A stretch of 64,000 nt of DNA from the human T2T-CHM13v2.0 reference genome, Homo sapiens: assembly GCF_009914755.1 (NCBI RefSeq), contig NC_060928.1; one strand, given 5' to 3'. A program made the translations under genes and the position numbers. Position 1 is the first letter of the stretch. Every line of letters starts with the position of its first letter. A model generated the notes under the pieces. It saw nothing but the letters and a program-made list of their open reading frames with translations. It ran no database searches and was not told where the DNA came from. This document shows positions 1-14,844 of the stretch, one piece after another.

Positions 1-227
1 CAACAATATAGGTTCAATTCTTAGTTATTCATAAAGAAGACATAAAAATATTTTAAGTTCATGTAAGTTTAATCTATTAATACTTCCTCTTCAAGAATGC
101 ATTTAAATGGCTAGTAGCTAAGTAAATGATTGGTTTTACTTTCACTAACTTTGTCTACCATCCGGTGGTAATGCACAGCAAAGCTGTTAAGGGGCAAAAA
201 GAGAAAGAAGAGGGAGAAATAAAACTA

Positions 228-301
228 AAATAATGTCTTTTCTTCATAAATCAGGGTCTGGTTCTAATCAGACCCTGATTTATGAAGAAAAGGCATTATT
301 T
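228..301. repeat. Near-perfect inverted repeat, 33-bp arms
   Basis: 228-260 is the reverse complement of 269-301 with one mismatch. Confidence 0.95.
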
Positions 302-3300
302 AAAACATTTTTAAATGAATTCCCATAAGGATGTTCATTCTCAGGGTCATAAATAAAACAAATCTGTATGACATAAATATTGTAGTGTGATCTTACTAGA
401 AAATTACATCCTAAGATCAGTTCTACTCTAAAAGAAAATGCAGTCCTCTTTGATGGAGATACAGCTTTGATTAAAGTGTGTGCCCATAGAGGGAAGTATT
501 TCTTGTATAGGTAGTCTGAAGGGTCAAAGCAACCCTGGTGATAAGAGGGTATCCCAGCCAGATTAACCTCAGAGATTAGTTCTGAGCTGACTCAGTTTCA
601 ATAACCAGATGCCAGGGAATGCCTTCTCCTTGTGGACCATGCAAGGAAGCTGTTACTGTCATGTTATCAGGAAAGCCCTAAATAGAGATAAAGGAGATGC
701 CCAAAGGAACCATTTGAGGAACATGCTGTTACAAGTCCTATCCGAGAACATGACAATGAACTTCACCATTCTTCTGCTGGTCATTACTTCTCCTACTTAT
801 AACTATTTAAAATATTAATTAATTGGTTATTTTCTTATTAAAATGCAGAACCTCTAAGAGTGTGGTTCTAAGCTGACTGCTTTATTAATCCATCTTGTGA
901 TCCTTAGGAAAAATAAAACATGGCTTTGGTGTGATTTTAAGTGCTATTATTCCAAATGATAACAATGCCTCAGACTCACATGAAATGCTTATATTGATGG
1001 ATTCAGCTAAAGTCCTTCACCCGGATTCATCTTTGAGTCTCTACATCAATGCCAATACGCATTTATGGGATGACTGATAACGTTTTGGGATGAAATAGAT
1101 GGCCACACTACATGCTGATGTTAACTGTCACTGGGATTCACTTTATGGCCTTGGCCTCCTGAATGCACTGCTTTTTACAATTCAGCTAAGAAGTCTTGCA
1201 TCAACTATAAGACAACCATCCAAATTTTATACAACACTATGGATATTGTTGCTTTACTGAGAAATAAGATCTACCAAATGTAGCAAGAAATAATACATTT
1301 ATATTGAAGTTCCAATTCCCCCTTGACTTTTTTACTTCAAAACACCATCCATTTAGCATCCTATGTACCATCATCACTATCATCTCTGAGTCTTGTGTGC
1401 TCCAGGTTTATCCGAGACTAGTTTTAGTGGAAATCTGTCGATGAATAGGCAAAAACAGTCAGACTGAGGGTGCTGAGACCTCTCTGGGAGGCATTCTATC
1501 TGCTCAGTTTTAGAAGTCATTAAGCTTTTGAACTTCTTCCATCACTACTATGAGCTAGAGGTTCACAGTGGCATGGGTCTGGTTCCCTAGAACTGAGCAA
1601 GTGTATAGCTACTTACTCTTCTTGGCCTGAATTCTAGATTGTAAGAGTTTTAAATCCCTGGAGTTAGGCTGTGCACATGTCTGAGGCAAGTCTGGGAATC
1701 CTTTAGCACTGAATATGGCTCTCTCCTCAGTTCTGTATGCCACCAGTTTGTGTGTGGAGCCTCATAAAGTTCGATCATTTTTCCAGTAAAATGACTACAG
1801 TACCAAGTATTAGAGAACCTCACACATTGTTTAATTCATATTTCCCCAACTTTGCATAATGCCTAGAGTGTTCTATTTCCTCAAAGAGGAAAGTGCTTAA
1901 ACAAAGCACATGGGAGAATTTTGGGGAAAAGAATTCCCAGATGGGAAGAGTGGTTAAACCAACTACTTTTCCCCTCCACTTGTTCCACCTCTTCTTCCTC
2001 CCTTTCTTCCTATTAAAGTCTCTGAAAGTAGGACTAATTCTCATATGTCTAGAAAAATTAGTAAGGCTGACTTTTCCAATACCCAACAATGGAATGGGTC
2101 AACTCATAAAGGAGTGATATCCTCATCATTAGAAGTATTGGAAGGAAGAGGCTGGAATAGAAGGGATTTCTCTCTCTTTGATCGATTTAACTCAACTACA
2201 CTTATAGCAGTAATGACAATAAAACCCAACATTTATTGAATACCTTATCTGCTGGACATTTTTACCTGGATTAGCTCATTCAATTCTCCACAACAGCCTG
2301 ATAAGATACTATTATTATAAGCCCCATTTTATAAATAAGAAGTCAAAGATGTAAATAAATTAAAATTTGTTTCAGGTTATAAATTAAAGAACTGAGATTT
2401 GGACTCAGATAATCTGACTTCAGAAAAAAAAATTTTTTTTCAAAAGATGTGTCATTAGACTAACATTGACCTGAAATAAACTACATGTAAAGTCTGTAAT
2501 TTGATAAGTTTTGACATATATACACTCATGAAGCCATCAATATAATCAAGATAATAAACATATTCACCACTATTCCTAAAAGTTTCTCCATGGCTCTTAT
2601 AAAAGAGACTGTAAAATCCTCCTTCCTGGCTCTCTCTGATCTGGTTTGCATCATTATACATTAGCTTGCATTTCCTAAAATTTTATATAAATGGTATGAA
2701 AAAATGTGTATGATATATCTGTTTTCACTCAATATTTTTTTTTAAGATTCAGCCATGTTGTGGCATGTGTCAATAATCTATTCCTTTTTATTACTGAGTA
2801 GTATTCCTCATAAATATACTACAAGTTGTTTATCCATTCATCTACTGATGAACATTTGGGTTGTTTTCAGTTTCTGTCTATCACAAAGAAAGCTGCTGCA
2901 AGCATTTGTGTACAAGTCTTTGTATGGACATACACTTCCTTTTGTCTTGGGTAAATATATATGAGTGGAATGACTTGATCACATGGATCACATGATATGT
3001 ATACATTTAACTTTTCAAGAAAATACCAAAATGTTTTCCAGATGGTTGTACTATTTTGCATTCTAACCAGCAGTAAATGAGAATTGTAGTTCCTCCACGT
3101 CCTTGTTAACAGTTGGTATGCCTGGTCCTTTTACTTTCAGACATCCTAAAAGTGTGTATTAGCATGTACTGTGGTTTTAAATCTGCATTTAATAACTAAA
3201 GTTGAGCATCACTTCATGTGTTTCTTTGCCTTCTTTATAGATTTGGTGATGTGCTCATTCATATATTTTGTACTTTTTAAAAAATTCTATTTTTGGGTCA

Positions 3301-4237
3301 TCCATCCATTTACAGAGCCATATTTTGTACATTTTTAAAAACTGAATGTTTTGTTTTCTTGAGTTGTGAAAGTTCTTTATATATTCTGAATACAAGTCCC
3401 TTTATCAGATATATAATTTTCAAATATTTTCTTGTAATATGTAGCTTCTTTTCATTCTCCTAAGAATGCCTTTTGTAGAACAAAAATTTTTTATTTTGAT
3501 GAAGTCCTATTTATCATTTTAAAGAACAGATTGTGCCTTTGGTGTCATATCTAAGAAATACTGTCTAACCCAAAGTCAAAATAGGTTTAAGTTTTGTGCC
3601 TTAAATTTAGGTCTAGGATCCATTTTAGACAATTACATACAGTGCAAAACTGAAATGTGTTTTTAAAAATATGAATAACCAATTATTTAAGCACTATTTG
3701 TTGAAAAAAATATCATTTTGAAAATCAGTTGTCCAAATATATGTAGGTCTGTGTCTAGATTTGGTTACACTAATCTATCTTTATGCCATTACTATATTCT
3801 CTTGATTATTGCAGTGTTTTTTAAAAAGCCTTGAAATCAGGAAAAGTTATGATTCTAACTTTGTCCTTTACCAAGGTTAGACTATTCTAGGTCCTTAGTA
3901 TTTATTTATATCAGCTTGTTAATTTCTACAAAAAAGTATATTGGAATTTGATGGACATTGGACTGAATCTATATATCAACTTTAGCAGAACTGATATCAA
4001 AATACTGAAATACTATATTACATGCAATGTTGAAGGCATGAACATTATGTATCTCTTCATTTACTTAGTTCTCTGATGTCTGTTGGCAATATTTTATACT
4101 TTTCAGGGTGCAGGTTCTTTGCATACTTTTGCCAGAGTTATTCCTAAGTGTTTCTTTTGTATTTTTGATACCATTATAAATAATGTAATTTTAATATTAT
4201 TTTCTAATTGTAGCCAGTACACAAAAATACTTCCTTG

Positions 4238-4332
4238 AGATATATATCTCTGTATATACAGATGTATATATATCTATATATATAGATGTGTGTGTATATA
4301 TATATCTATATGTGTGTATCTATCAATATGTG

Positions 4333-4366
<34 letters not shown>
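4238..4366. repeat. Compound (TA)n/(TG)n tract and (TAGA)8 microsatellite
   Basis: Read directly; TAGA run at 4333-4366. Confidence 0.95.
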
Positions 4367-4829
<463 letters not shown>

Positions 4830-7611
4830 TGCAATTGTTTGCTATATTAATCTCATGTCCTACAATCTTGCTAAGCTCACTTATTCTAGTTGTTTTTAGG
4901 TAGAATTTGTTGAACTTGCTATGGAGACATTCATGCCCCTTCCCTCACAATCTGAATGGCTTTTGCTTCTTTTTATTGCCTTATTGCACTGGCTAGAACC
5001 TTCAGTACAATGCTGAACAATAGTAGTAGAAGCCAACTGGGCTTAGAGTCGTGTTTATAGAAAGGTTTTTAAGTACAAATTGAATTTGTTTATGCCTACT
5101 CTTCTTCAGTGAACTTTGGTAGTTTATATATTTCAAGGCATCTGTCAATTTCATGCAAGCTGTCAAATTTATTGATATAAAATATGTTCACATTGTCTTA
5201 TTTTTCTCTTAATATCTGTAGAATTAGCAGTGATATTACTTGTTTTGTGCCTTACTTTGAAAATGTGTCTTCTTTTCTTTCCTGATCATTCTGCCTAAAG
5301 GCTTACCAGTTTTACCATCTTCTCAAAGAACTAGCTTTTGGCTTCATTAATTTTTTTAAATTGTTTTTCTGGGCATATAAATTTTTTAAATCACGAAGTA
5401 CTTCAAACATATTCTGTATGCAGAGACCATTATAACACATACCTACTCTCTAGATTTAGAAGAGTTAATATTGTTGTTTCAGATCTTTATAACTGAAGTC
5501 TTTCTCCCTATTTATTAAAAATAAAAATCATATTTACTCCCCTCCCTTCTCAGAGGTAACTTCTGGCCACCGTGCTGAAATTGACGTTTACTTTTCTTAT
5601 TTATGTTTCTAAAATGTAATACCATATATGTTTGTATTCATAAAAAATATGTCTATTGCTTTTAAAAAAATACATAAATGGTACATACTATATGTGTCCT
5701 GCTTTTTCACCCAGTCTCTTATCAATAGACATGTAATTCAGTTTCTAATTTTTCCATTTCTGATCATAAACACATGTATAGTGTCTCTGTAAGATGTGTA
5801 CCTAGAAGGGTAATTTCTGAGTAGTGAATTATAGGCATCAAGTTTACTAGAAATTACTTAATGTTCTTCAAAGTAGTTGTAGCCATCTATACTCCTATTA
5901 TACCATCAAGTCTGAAAGCTTCCCTTTCTTCACTTGCCTAAAAACTCTTGGTATTAACAGACTTTTAAACTTTTGGTAATCTACAACTGTAAAATTGTAT
6001 TGTGTTTTATTTTGATCCCACTGATTACAAGTAAGATAAAGCAAATTATGATGTTTAGTGGTCATTGTATGTTTCCTCTTTTGTGAGCCGTCTATTCATG
6101 TTGTTTACACAATTTTTTTCTACTGGGTTATCTTTTTCTTGTGAGTTTGAATAAGTTATTATTTTAGATGCCAGTCCTTTTATCATTTACATGAAAATAT
6201 CTCCTTCCAATCAATGGCTTATCTTGTAACTTATTTTAAGGTTTCTTTTGTTGTTTACAGTTTTTTTCCCCTTTACTTAAATTTATTAATCCTTTCTAGG
6301 TTATTCTTGGCCCTTTACTACTTCATATACATTTTAGAATCACCCTGTGAGGTTCAGTGAAAACCTCATTGGGATTCTGATGAAAAAAATAGACTGACTT
6401 CATGAATTAACATGGGAAAAACTGCCATCTTCATGATTAAGTATTGTTTTACAAGTTTATTTAGGTTTTCTATTTATTATTGATTTAATATTGGCAATTT
6501 ATATTTTAAACAAAATTATCAATTCATCTGTGTTTAGAAAGTTGTTGCAAAAAGCTTCTCAGTATTCTCTTCTGATTATTTAAATATGTCTTATGCCTGT
6601 AGTTATGTCTTCATTTTAATTCTTGCTATTTTTACTTGTGCCTATTCTATTTCATCATCTTTCTTGCCACAGGTCTGTATAATTAGTCTTAAAAGAAAGA
6701 AAACCCAGCTTTTGTTTTAGTTGATCCTGTCATTATTTGTTTTCTGTTTCATTAAATATTTACTCTACTCTTTATAATTTTCTTCTAATATAAAAAGTCA
6801 GAAAAACGAACAGAGTAATTGTTAAGTTACAATTTGAGAAGTTGTTGAGAAGATTCAAACAAAATGTACAAGTAATTGTTAAGTTGAACTTCTATAATTT
6901 TCTTTAATTTCTGCTATATTGTATACATTTAATTTCTCAAGAACTATTTTTGCTGCATTACATAAGTTTTAACATACACTGACTCAGTTGTCTTCCAATT
7001 TTAAATATTTTAGTTTTAAATATAAATTATTTATATTTTTTGAGGCCTAATTTATTTATAAGTACTTTTAAATTTTCAAACACATGAACTTGTGCTTTTT
7101 TCTTTTAATATTTTCATAATTGATTATATTGTAGACAGAGAATGTGGTCTGCATGACAGCAAGTCTTTTGCAACTCTATTTGTGGCCTAATATCTACTCA
7201 ATTTTTGGAAATGTGTACATATACTTGAAAAAATTATGTATTCACTAATTATGTATGTGCATTAGATTAATCTTGTACATTTTGTTTGAATCTTCTCAAC
7301 ATTCTCAAAATAATATTTAACTAAAGGGTCCTAAAAGTAGCATCTTAACCCCCAATAGTCAAATCAAGTCTTTAAAGACTATCAACTAATATTATCTGAA
7401 AGGCAAATCATGTCTTTGCATACACATACACACATGCACACACAAACACACATTCTTTGTTCTCTATAAATTCTCTAAGCCTTGCTCCCTGAAATAAAGA
7501 TCCAACTGTTAGTCACAAAATTCTCAAGTATTGGGGAAGAATCTCATATTTTTTGGCTATAAAATCAGGTGAAGGTTAAAAAAATAAAAAAACTTTACAA
7601 AAAGAAATGTA

Positions 7612-7915
7612 GGCTGGGTGCGATGGCTTACACCTGTAATCTCGGTGCTTTGGGAGGCTGAGGTGGGAGGACTGCTTGAGGCCAGAAGTCTGAGGCCAGC
7701 CTGGGCAATATAGCAAAACTCCCACTCTACCAAAAACTAGAAAAACTTCGCCAGGTGTGGTGGCACACACCTGTAGTCCCAGCAACTTGGGAGGATGAGG
7801 TGGGAGGATCAATTGAGCTCAGGAAGTCAAGGCTGCTGTGAACTGTATGATCATGCCACTGCACTCTAGCCTGGGCGGCAGAGCAAGACCCTGTGTCTCA
7901 AAAAAAATAATAATA
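7612..7915 (+). mobile_element. AluJ
   Basis: Diverged Alu dimer with A tail. Confidence 0.9.
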
Positions 7916-9599
7916 ATTGAGTGGTCCTGCAGTTGAACTATTACATACAGGGTCCTGTTGCCAGGGTCCACATGCTGTAGCCCACTCAGAGCACTCTCTC
8001 TCCCTTTTATGGTTCCCTAGTGTGTTGGGATCAAATGAACAAAACTTGTTTATGATACAGTCATGCTTTTTGTGATCATGTATAGTTCAAACATCTATAT
8101 TTGTAAACAAAGCCCAATAATCATTTTGATCATTTAAATTCTCCTTCTGAAATCTTTGCAGATCTTTCAGATCTATCCTTCTAAAGATCTCTAACCTAAG
8201 AATGATAAATTACTTCTGTAGATATTTTCTATTTTGTTTCTAAGATGGTTCTTAATAATAATCATCAATTGGTTAGTTTATATTTTATTTTTCTTGGATT
8301 TCCTGACTGATTTGTACATATTGTTGGATGACTAACAATTTGTTTCGTCTCAATGTTACACTTAATTGTGTTTTGATCAATAAATGTTCATCCAGCATAT
8401 ACTTCCTACAATAGTTCTATCAACCACTCAAAAGTTTAGTCCATTTCTTTTCTTTTCCTTGTCTATTTTAAAAGTACAAAGCAGTTAACCATATTCTAAA
8501 ATCTCAATCAACACACCCTGAGTATTCTAGCAATATGCATCTCGAAAGTGAAAACTTCCATTACTGTCTGGCCTTGTAATGACCATACTTTGGACTCATT
8601 TAACATCTACAGATAAGTCTCAAGATAATATTACTTAGGTACATATTAGAGCTGTTAATTCGCTCATTCTAAGCTACTAACAAATTTTGGGTCTTCTAAT
8701 TTGTTTCATACAAACCCAGGACTTGATACGGTCTGAATCTGATCAAGTATGATGAATGACTTCTGTGTCTTCAATTATTCTAAGCAATTAAAGGACAAAA
8801 AAAAAAACCTGATAGCACTTTGAAGACTGTACAATATTCAGTATACAGCAAAATGAAGAGACATGGAAATATACACCTAAATAATTCTGATTCAAATACT
8901 TCAATGTGATTCTGAAGAAAGGAAATGAGACAAAATACTTTTATGACAAAGAATTTCATTATAACAAATTAAACACTATATGAGAAAGGTGTTAACTAAT
9001 CTGGGCTCTAAGAATCCCAAATCATTCATGAGGGTGCTAATGGGGTAATTCTTTGACTTACAAATATTGAATGATGAAAACTGGCATACATGAAGTTCCA
9101 CTGAGCTAGTGAAGAGGTACTGGTTTCTCTAATTTGTGAATTTCTGATGCAGTATTCTCAGTGAAAAATTATTCAGTAGAGTATCTTCTTCATTATTATA
9201 AAGCTCAACCAAGTTACCAAGCCAGGTAATTAAAGCTGTATGTTAACCTTTCTGAATTCTAATCTTATTCCTCTAATCTAACTAGATCACATATATGTCC
9301 TCCAATTATTTTTTTGTTTTGCCACTAATGTGACAGAAAGCAATGAAAAAACAGGATCTAATATAGAAACTTTGAGCCTCTCGCTAATTTTAAGACAAGT
9401 ATCTACTATATTATTTATGAATCTAAAACTGAAATACATGGAATAGACTTAATCTGAGATTAGTGAGACAGACTGCTTGTACAAAGATGAAAAGTTTTTG
9501 TTTTCCTTCATTTTCATCCTTAAATAAGTAATGAAAACCAAATTCTGAATATAATCTACATAGATACAAAACTGATAACTTGGAGAAAATAATGTGGCC

Positions 9600-10270
9600 T
9601 GCATTATTGTGACAGCTTCCTTGTATCTTCTCTAATCTAATTATGGCCTACAGCCCATTCTCACCAATGCAGCCAGAATGATCTTGTTAAAATCAAAGTC
9701 AGATTAGACCACTCCTTTGCTGAAAATATTTTAATGGTTCCCTACCTCATTCAGAATAAGAAATGCAATCCTTAAATAGCCTGCACAGAGTCTTCCATAA
9801 TCAACTCCCATTTTCAAACCCAGATCCAAACATTTCCAATCTCATCTCCTCCTTTCTCCCCCATACTTTCTCTACTCTACCAGTCACTATGGTCACTTTG
9901 AGTGTTTCTTGAATACCTCAGACATCCTCTTGCCTCAGGACCTTTGGGAGTGTGGCCTTGAATGCTCTTCCTTCGCTTGACCTTACCTTCTACAATTCTT
10001 GGCACATATGTCAGCCCTCTTCTTAGTGAGGCTGTGGCTGACTGCCTTTTTAATAACTACAACTCCCATCCCACTTCTGGCATTTTATCCCCTTGTCCCT
10101 GCTCATTTTTGTCATTTTTTCAGAAGGCATTTATTGCTCTCTGAAACGTTCATTATTTTACTTGCATATTTCCTTCTTATCCATCTCTCCAGATAAAATG
10201 CGAGCTACACAAGGGCAGAGGTTTTTGTGTCTTTTCTTTAATACTGCATTCCCAGAACCTATATCTTACC
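9600..10270 (+). mobile_element. L2 3' fragment
   Basis: gcagccagaatgatcttgttaaaatc and gcctcaggacctttg motifs. Confidence 0.7.
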
Positions 10271-10639
10271 ACATAACATAATTAGATAGCTGACACATCA
10301 GTAAAAAAAAAACAAAAAACAAACAAACAACAACAAAAAAACAAACAAAAAAAACAATAAATTAAAAGCAGCCACAGTGATCAACTAACATTTAGGAACA
10401 TTTTAGTTGTTCTTAGTGTAAAGATCTAAATTCACTAGCTTTTAAATCTCATCGTTCTTAAAAACCCTTAATTTATAAATGAGATTTCTAGCCTAAGATC
10501 ACTCCTAAATACACTTTATACAAGTAATATTACTTGATTATCTGAATATAAATTTTCTAATTTAGTGATCTCCAAATCAGTCATTAATTTACTAATAAAT
10601 TCAGTTGCCTCTATGCAGCATTATCACTAAGACATATAA

Positions 10640-11074
<435 letters not shown>

Positions 11075-11424
11075 AATTTTATTATTCTTAAGCTGGAACT
11101 GTGCCAATAGCCAGTTCCAATGTAGACACGGACAGAGGATAATTCATGGAGATACAACAGTACAGAGGAGAGCATATTTATATAAACAATAATAAACGGA
11201 TGATAAGAAAAACAGCATCATATGAAGTTAGCTAAATGGTTAATGAACTTTCAAATACAAAATTTAAAAACTCAACTAAAAGGTTTTAAAATTCTTAATT
11301 TAAATTCCTTGAATTACAGAAATAGATTTCAAGGTGATCTGTAAACTTTATGCTTCTCAAAAGGACTTGACACATTTCATTGCTAGAGATTTCAGAATTT
11401 CTACTAGACTTCCTATGACATTTA

Positions 11425-11550
<126 letters not shown>

Positions 11551-12597
11551 TTATTATTAAACAGGATAAAAAGAAACAATTACCAAAAAAACCCCAAAAA
11601 CTAACTCCAAATACTCCACATCTGTTGTATAATTTTAACCAATGAATAGAAACTGAATGAATAAAAATTAAGACAATGAAAATTATTGTATATTCTTTCA
11701 GGCAAGGTTCTAAGTATAGAGTAGTCCACAGCAAAGCACTCTCCAGAATGATAAAAGATTTTTAAAAATTATATTACACAAATCCTAATAATTTCCAGGT
11801 ATATATAAAAAGCTACACCACAATTGCACTTCACCTTTATTGAAGAAAAGAGGAAGCAAATTTGACCCACACAATGGGACCTAGGATAAATTTTCCTCTA
11901 AGTGAGGTAACAAACATTGTAATTAGCTACTGAAAGTTTTTGCGGAATCTCTTTCACAGATAAGGAGATTAAAGAGGAAACTATATGAATGTAAAGTTTG
12001 TTTTCTTATATGTAGGGAAGTTCAGCCAGGCATAGGAATAGCAGCTCCTTCCCTGACTAGGGAAGCCTCCATAGAGTCAAAAGCCTTTCCTATACCTCTA
12101 AAAGCATGCTACTCATTACATACTGCCACTCTCTAGATGAAAGCAAAAGCATCATTCCTCTGAAACATATTAAGGCTGATTTTTAAAAATTTCATCACAG
12201 GAACAGGCAGATTAAAATGGATAAAGAGGTGGTAGAGAAGGGAGTTAAAGCCAAATTAACTTTTTTAAATAGAAGAAAAAGTGATTAGCAGATCCCTAAA
12301 AGATAAAATAATAGGTAAAACACACGTAAACATATTCCCCCTCAAGTGGACCTAAGGATATACATTATCAAATTTATTTTCACAATAGCTGTGTGAAATA
12401 TGCCGAGATATCGGTGATAAAAACATCTGTCTATATCTGTTTGTAATTGATGACGCTGAGTATACGGCGATTATAATAAGTGGTCATTTTGGTTTCTATC
12501 CAGACTCATAATGTGGGATTCATTTTCATTCTTGGCATGAATAGAATCTGATGAAAGTTAGCAGTAACATCTTTAAGACTAAGTTTTTTTTGCCACT

Positions 12598-12680
12598 ATA
12601 GCACACGTTTACTTACGTAACAAAACTCCACATCCTGCACATGTACCCCTGAACTTAAAAGTTGAGGGGGGAAAAAAAAG
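12598..12680 (+). mobile_element. Very short L1P 3'-terminal insertion
   Basis: gtaacaaaactccacatcctgcacatgtacccctgaacttaaaa followed by an A-run. Confidence 0.75.
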
Positions 12681-12988
12681 ACAGTTTTTTGTCTTTTCTA
12701 CAGCTCATGTTTAAACAAGCTGACAATTGAAAAAGGCAGAGCCCTGTAAGTTAGATGTTTCCTTGATGACTGTCAAAAATGAATTTAAAAAGAACCAGGC
12801 AAAAAATTAGACACTGCAAAAAAGTGCTGGTCCTGTGAAGAAACTACGATATACAAAGTACTAATTACAATGCATACAACAATGCTTTTAACATTATAAC
12901 TAAACCAAAGTAAAACATTCCTTGGAAATTCTGGAAAAATGAAGGTGAGAGAACAGGGGGCAGGGGTGGGGAGGTCTTTTCTAGATAT

Positions 12989-13193
12989 AGTTGCCATATA
13001 AAATACATAACAACCAATTACATTTGAATTTCAAATAAGCAACAAACTATTTGTTAGAATAAGTATGTCCCAAATATTGAAAGAGACACACACACTTACA
13101 TGGAATAATATTTGTTATTCTGAAATATTTAAATAGAAGAAAAAGTGATTTAACTGGTGTCCTGTATTTTTCATCTGTTAAATCTGATAACCC
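12989..13193. mobile_element. MER53-like hAT MITE
   Basis: gttgcca..aaaatac..tttgaatttcaaata..aagtatgtccc..ttaactggtgtcctgtatttt..aaccct. Confidence 0.75.
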
Positions 13194-13418
13194 TACTTCT
13201 AAAGTAATCCCCTACTCTTACAACAAAATGAAACTATGAATAGGAATATTAGAAAAGAATGACAATATTTAAGCCAGCACGGTAAAATTTAAAAATATTT
13301 AAAATTTTATTTTAATTTTAAAAATTAAAAAATTTTAAAAATATCTCTGATAAAATGTCTTGACAAGTAACCAGTAGTGGATATCTTGGGAAAGTAAATT
13401 GACTCTGCTATTTTTTCA

Positions 13419-13979
<561 letters not shown>

Positions 13980-14844
13980 CTAAATGTACTTTATCCTCTC
14001 TTGGATTTAATAGTTATTTGTACTTTGAATGTTTAAAAGTGTAATAAAAGGCATGATACCAAGAAATATTTTTATTTTTTCTGAACTGGCCTTCATGTAA
14101 AAATAGTTGTTTAACATTGATTCATATTTATTTGCCAAATCAAAAAATCACACTATGTGTCAGGGACTCTTCTAGACGCTGGAGACACAATATTGAATCA
14201 TGGAGGCCCCAAGGAACTTTTAATCTTTAAGATTCTTTTTACTTCTCAAACTATGACTACGACCTGCCAGGGGAAAAGCAGTATAATCATTTAAAGGAGG
14301 GATGACTAAGCTGTTAGTGCCCACTATAAACGAAACTTAAAAAAAAAAAAAAAAACTAAAAAGAATGCACTGCTTTCCTTTTTATACTAAGATATTAAAT
14401 ATTATATTCTAAATGTATAAATGTTACATGACCTATATACAACCTTGTTGACCAAAAGAAGCAGATGACATTAGAGCAAAAAATCAGTAAAACCAAAAAT
14501 GCTGTGTACAACAAGCCCAAATTACATATAAAAATAATAAAGTATATTACTAGACAGATAATAGTGTTTTGTGAAGGGAAACCATTTTCTTCAAGTAAAT
14601 TTCAAATCAAACAATGGCCCACACTTATGAGAATCCTCAAAGACAGTGTCCAGGATAAAGATTTGTCAAGGCTTTTCATTCTAAATCAAAGTAGTCAAGA
14701 AAAAGGCAAAGAGAAAATTTAAAGAGATCAGAATGACAATAATTTTAGACCATAACCTCCAGAGTTTATAGAAGGAAGTGACCTTGGAATAAATGTACAC
14801 AAAGCCAAAACAACTGAGGCTATCAATACATAAAAAAGTACCAG

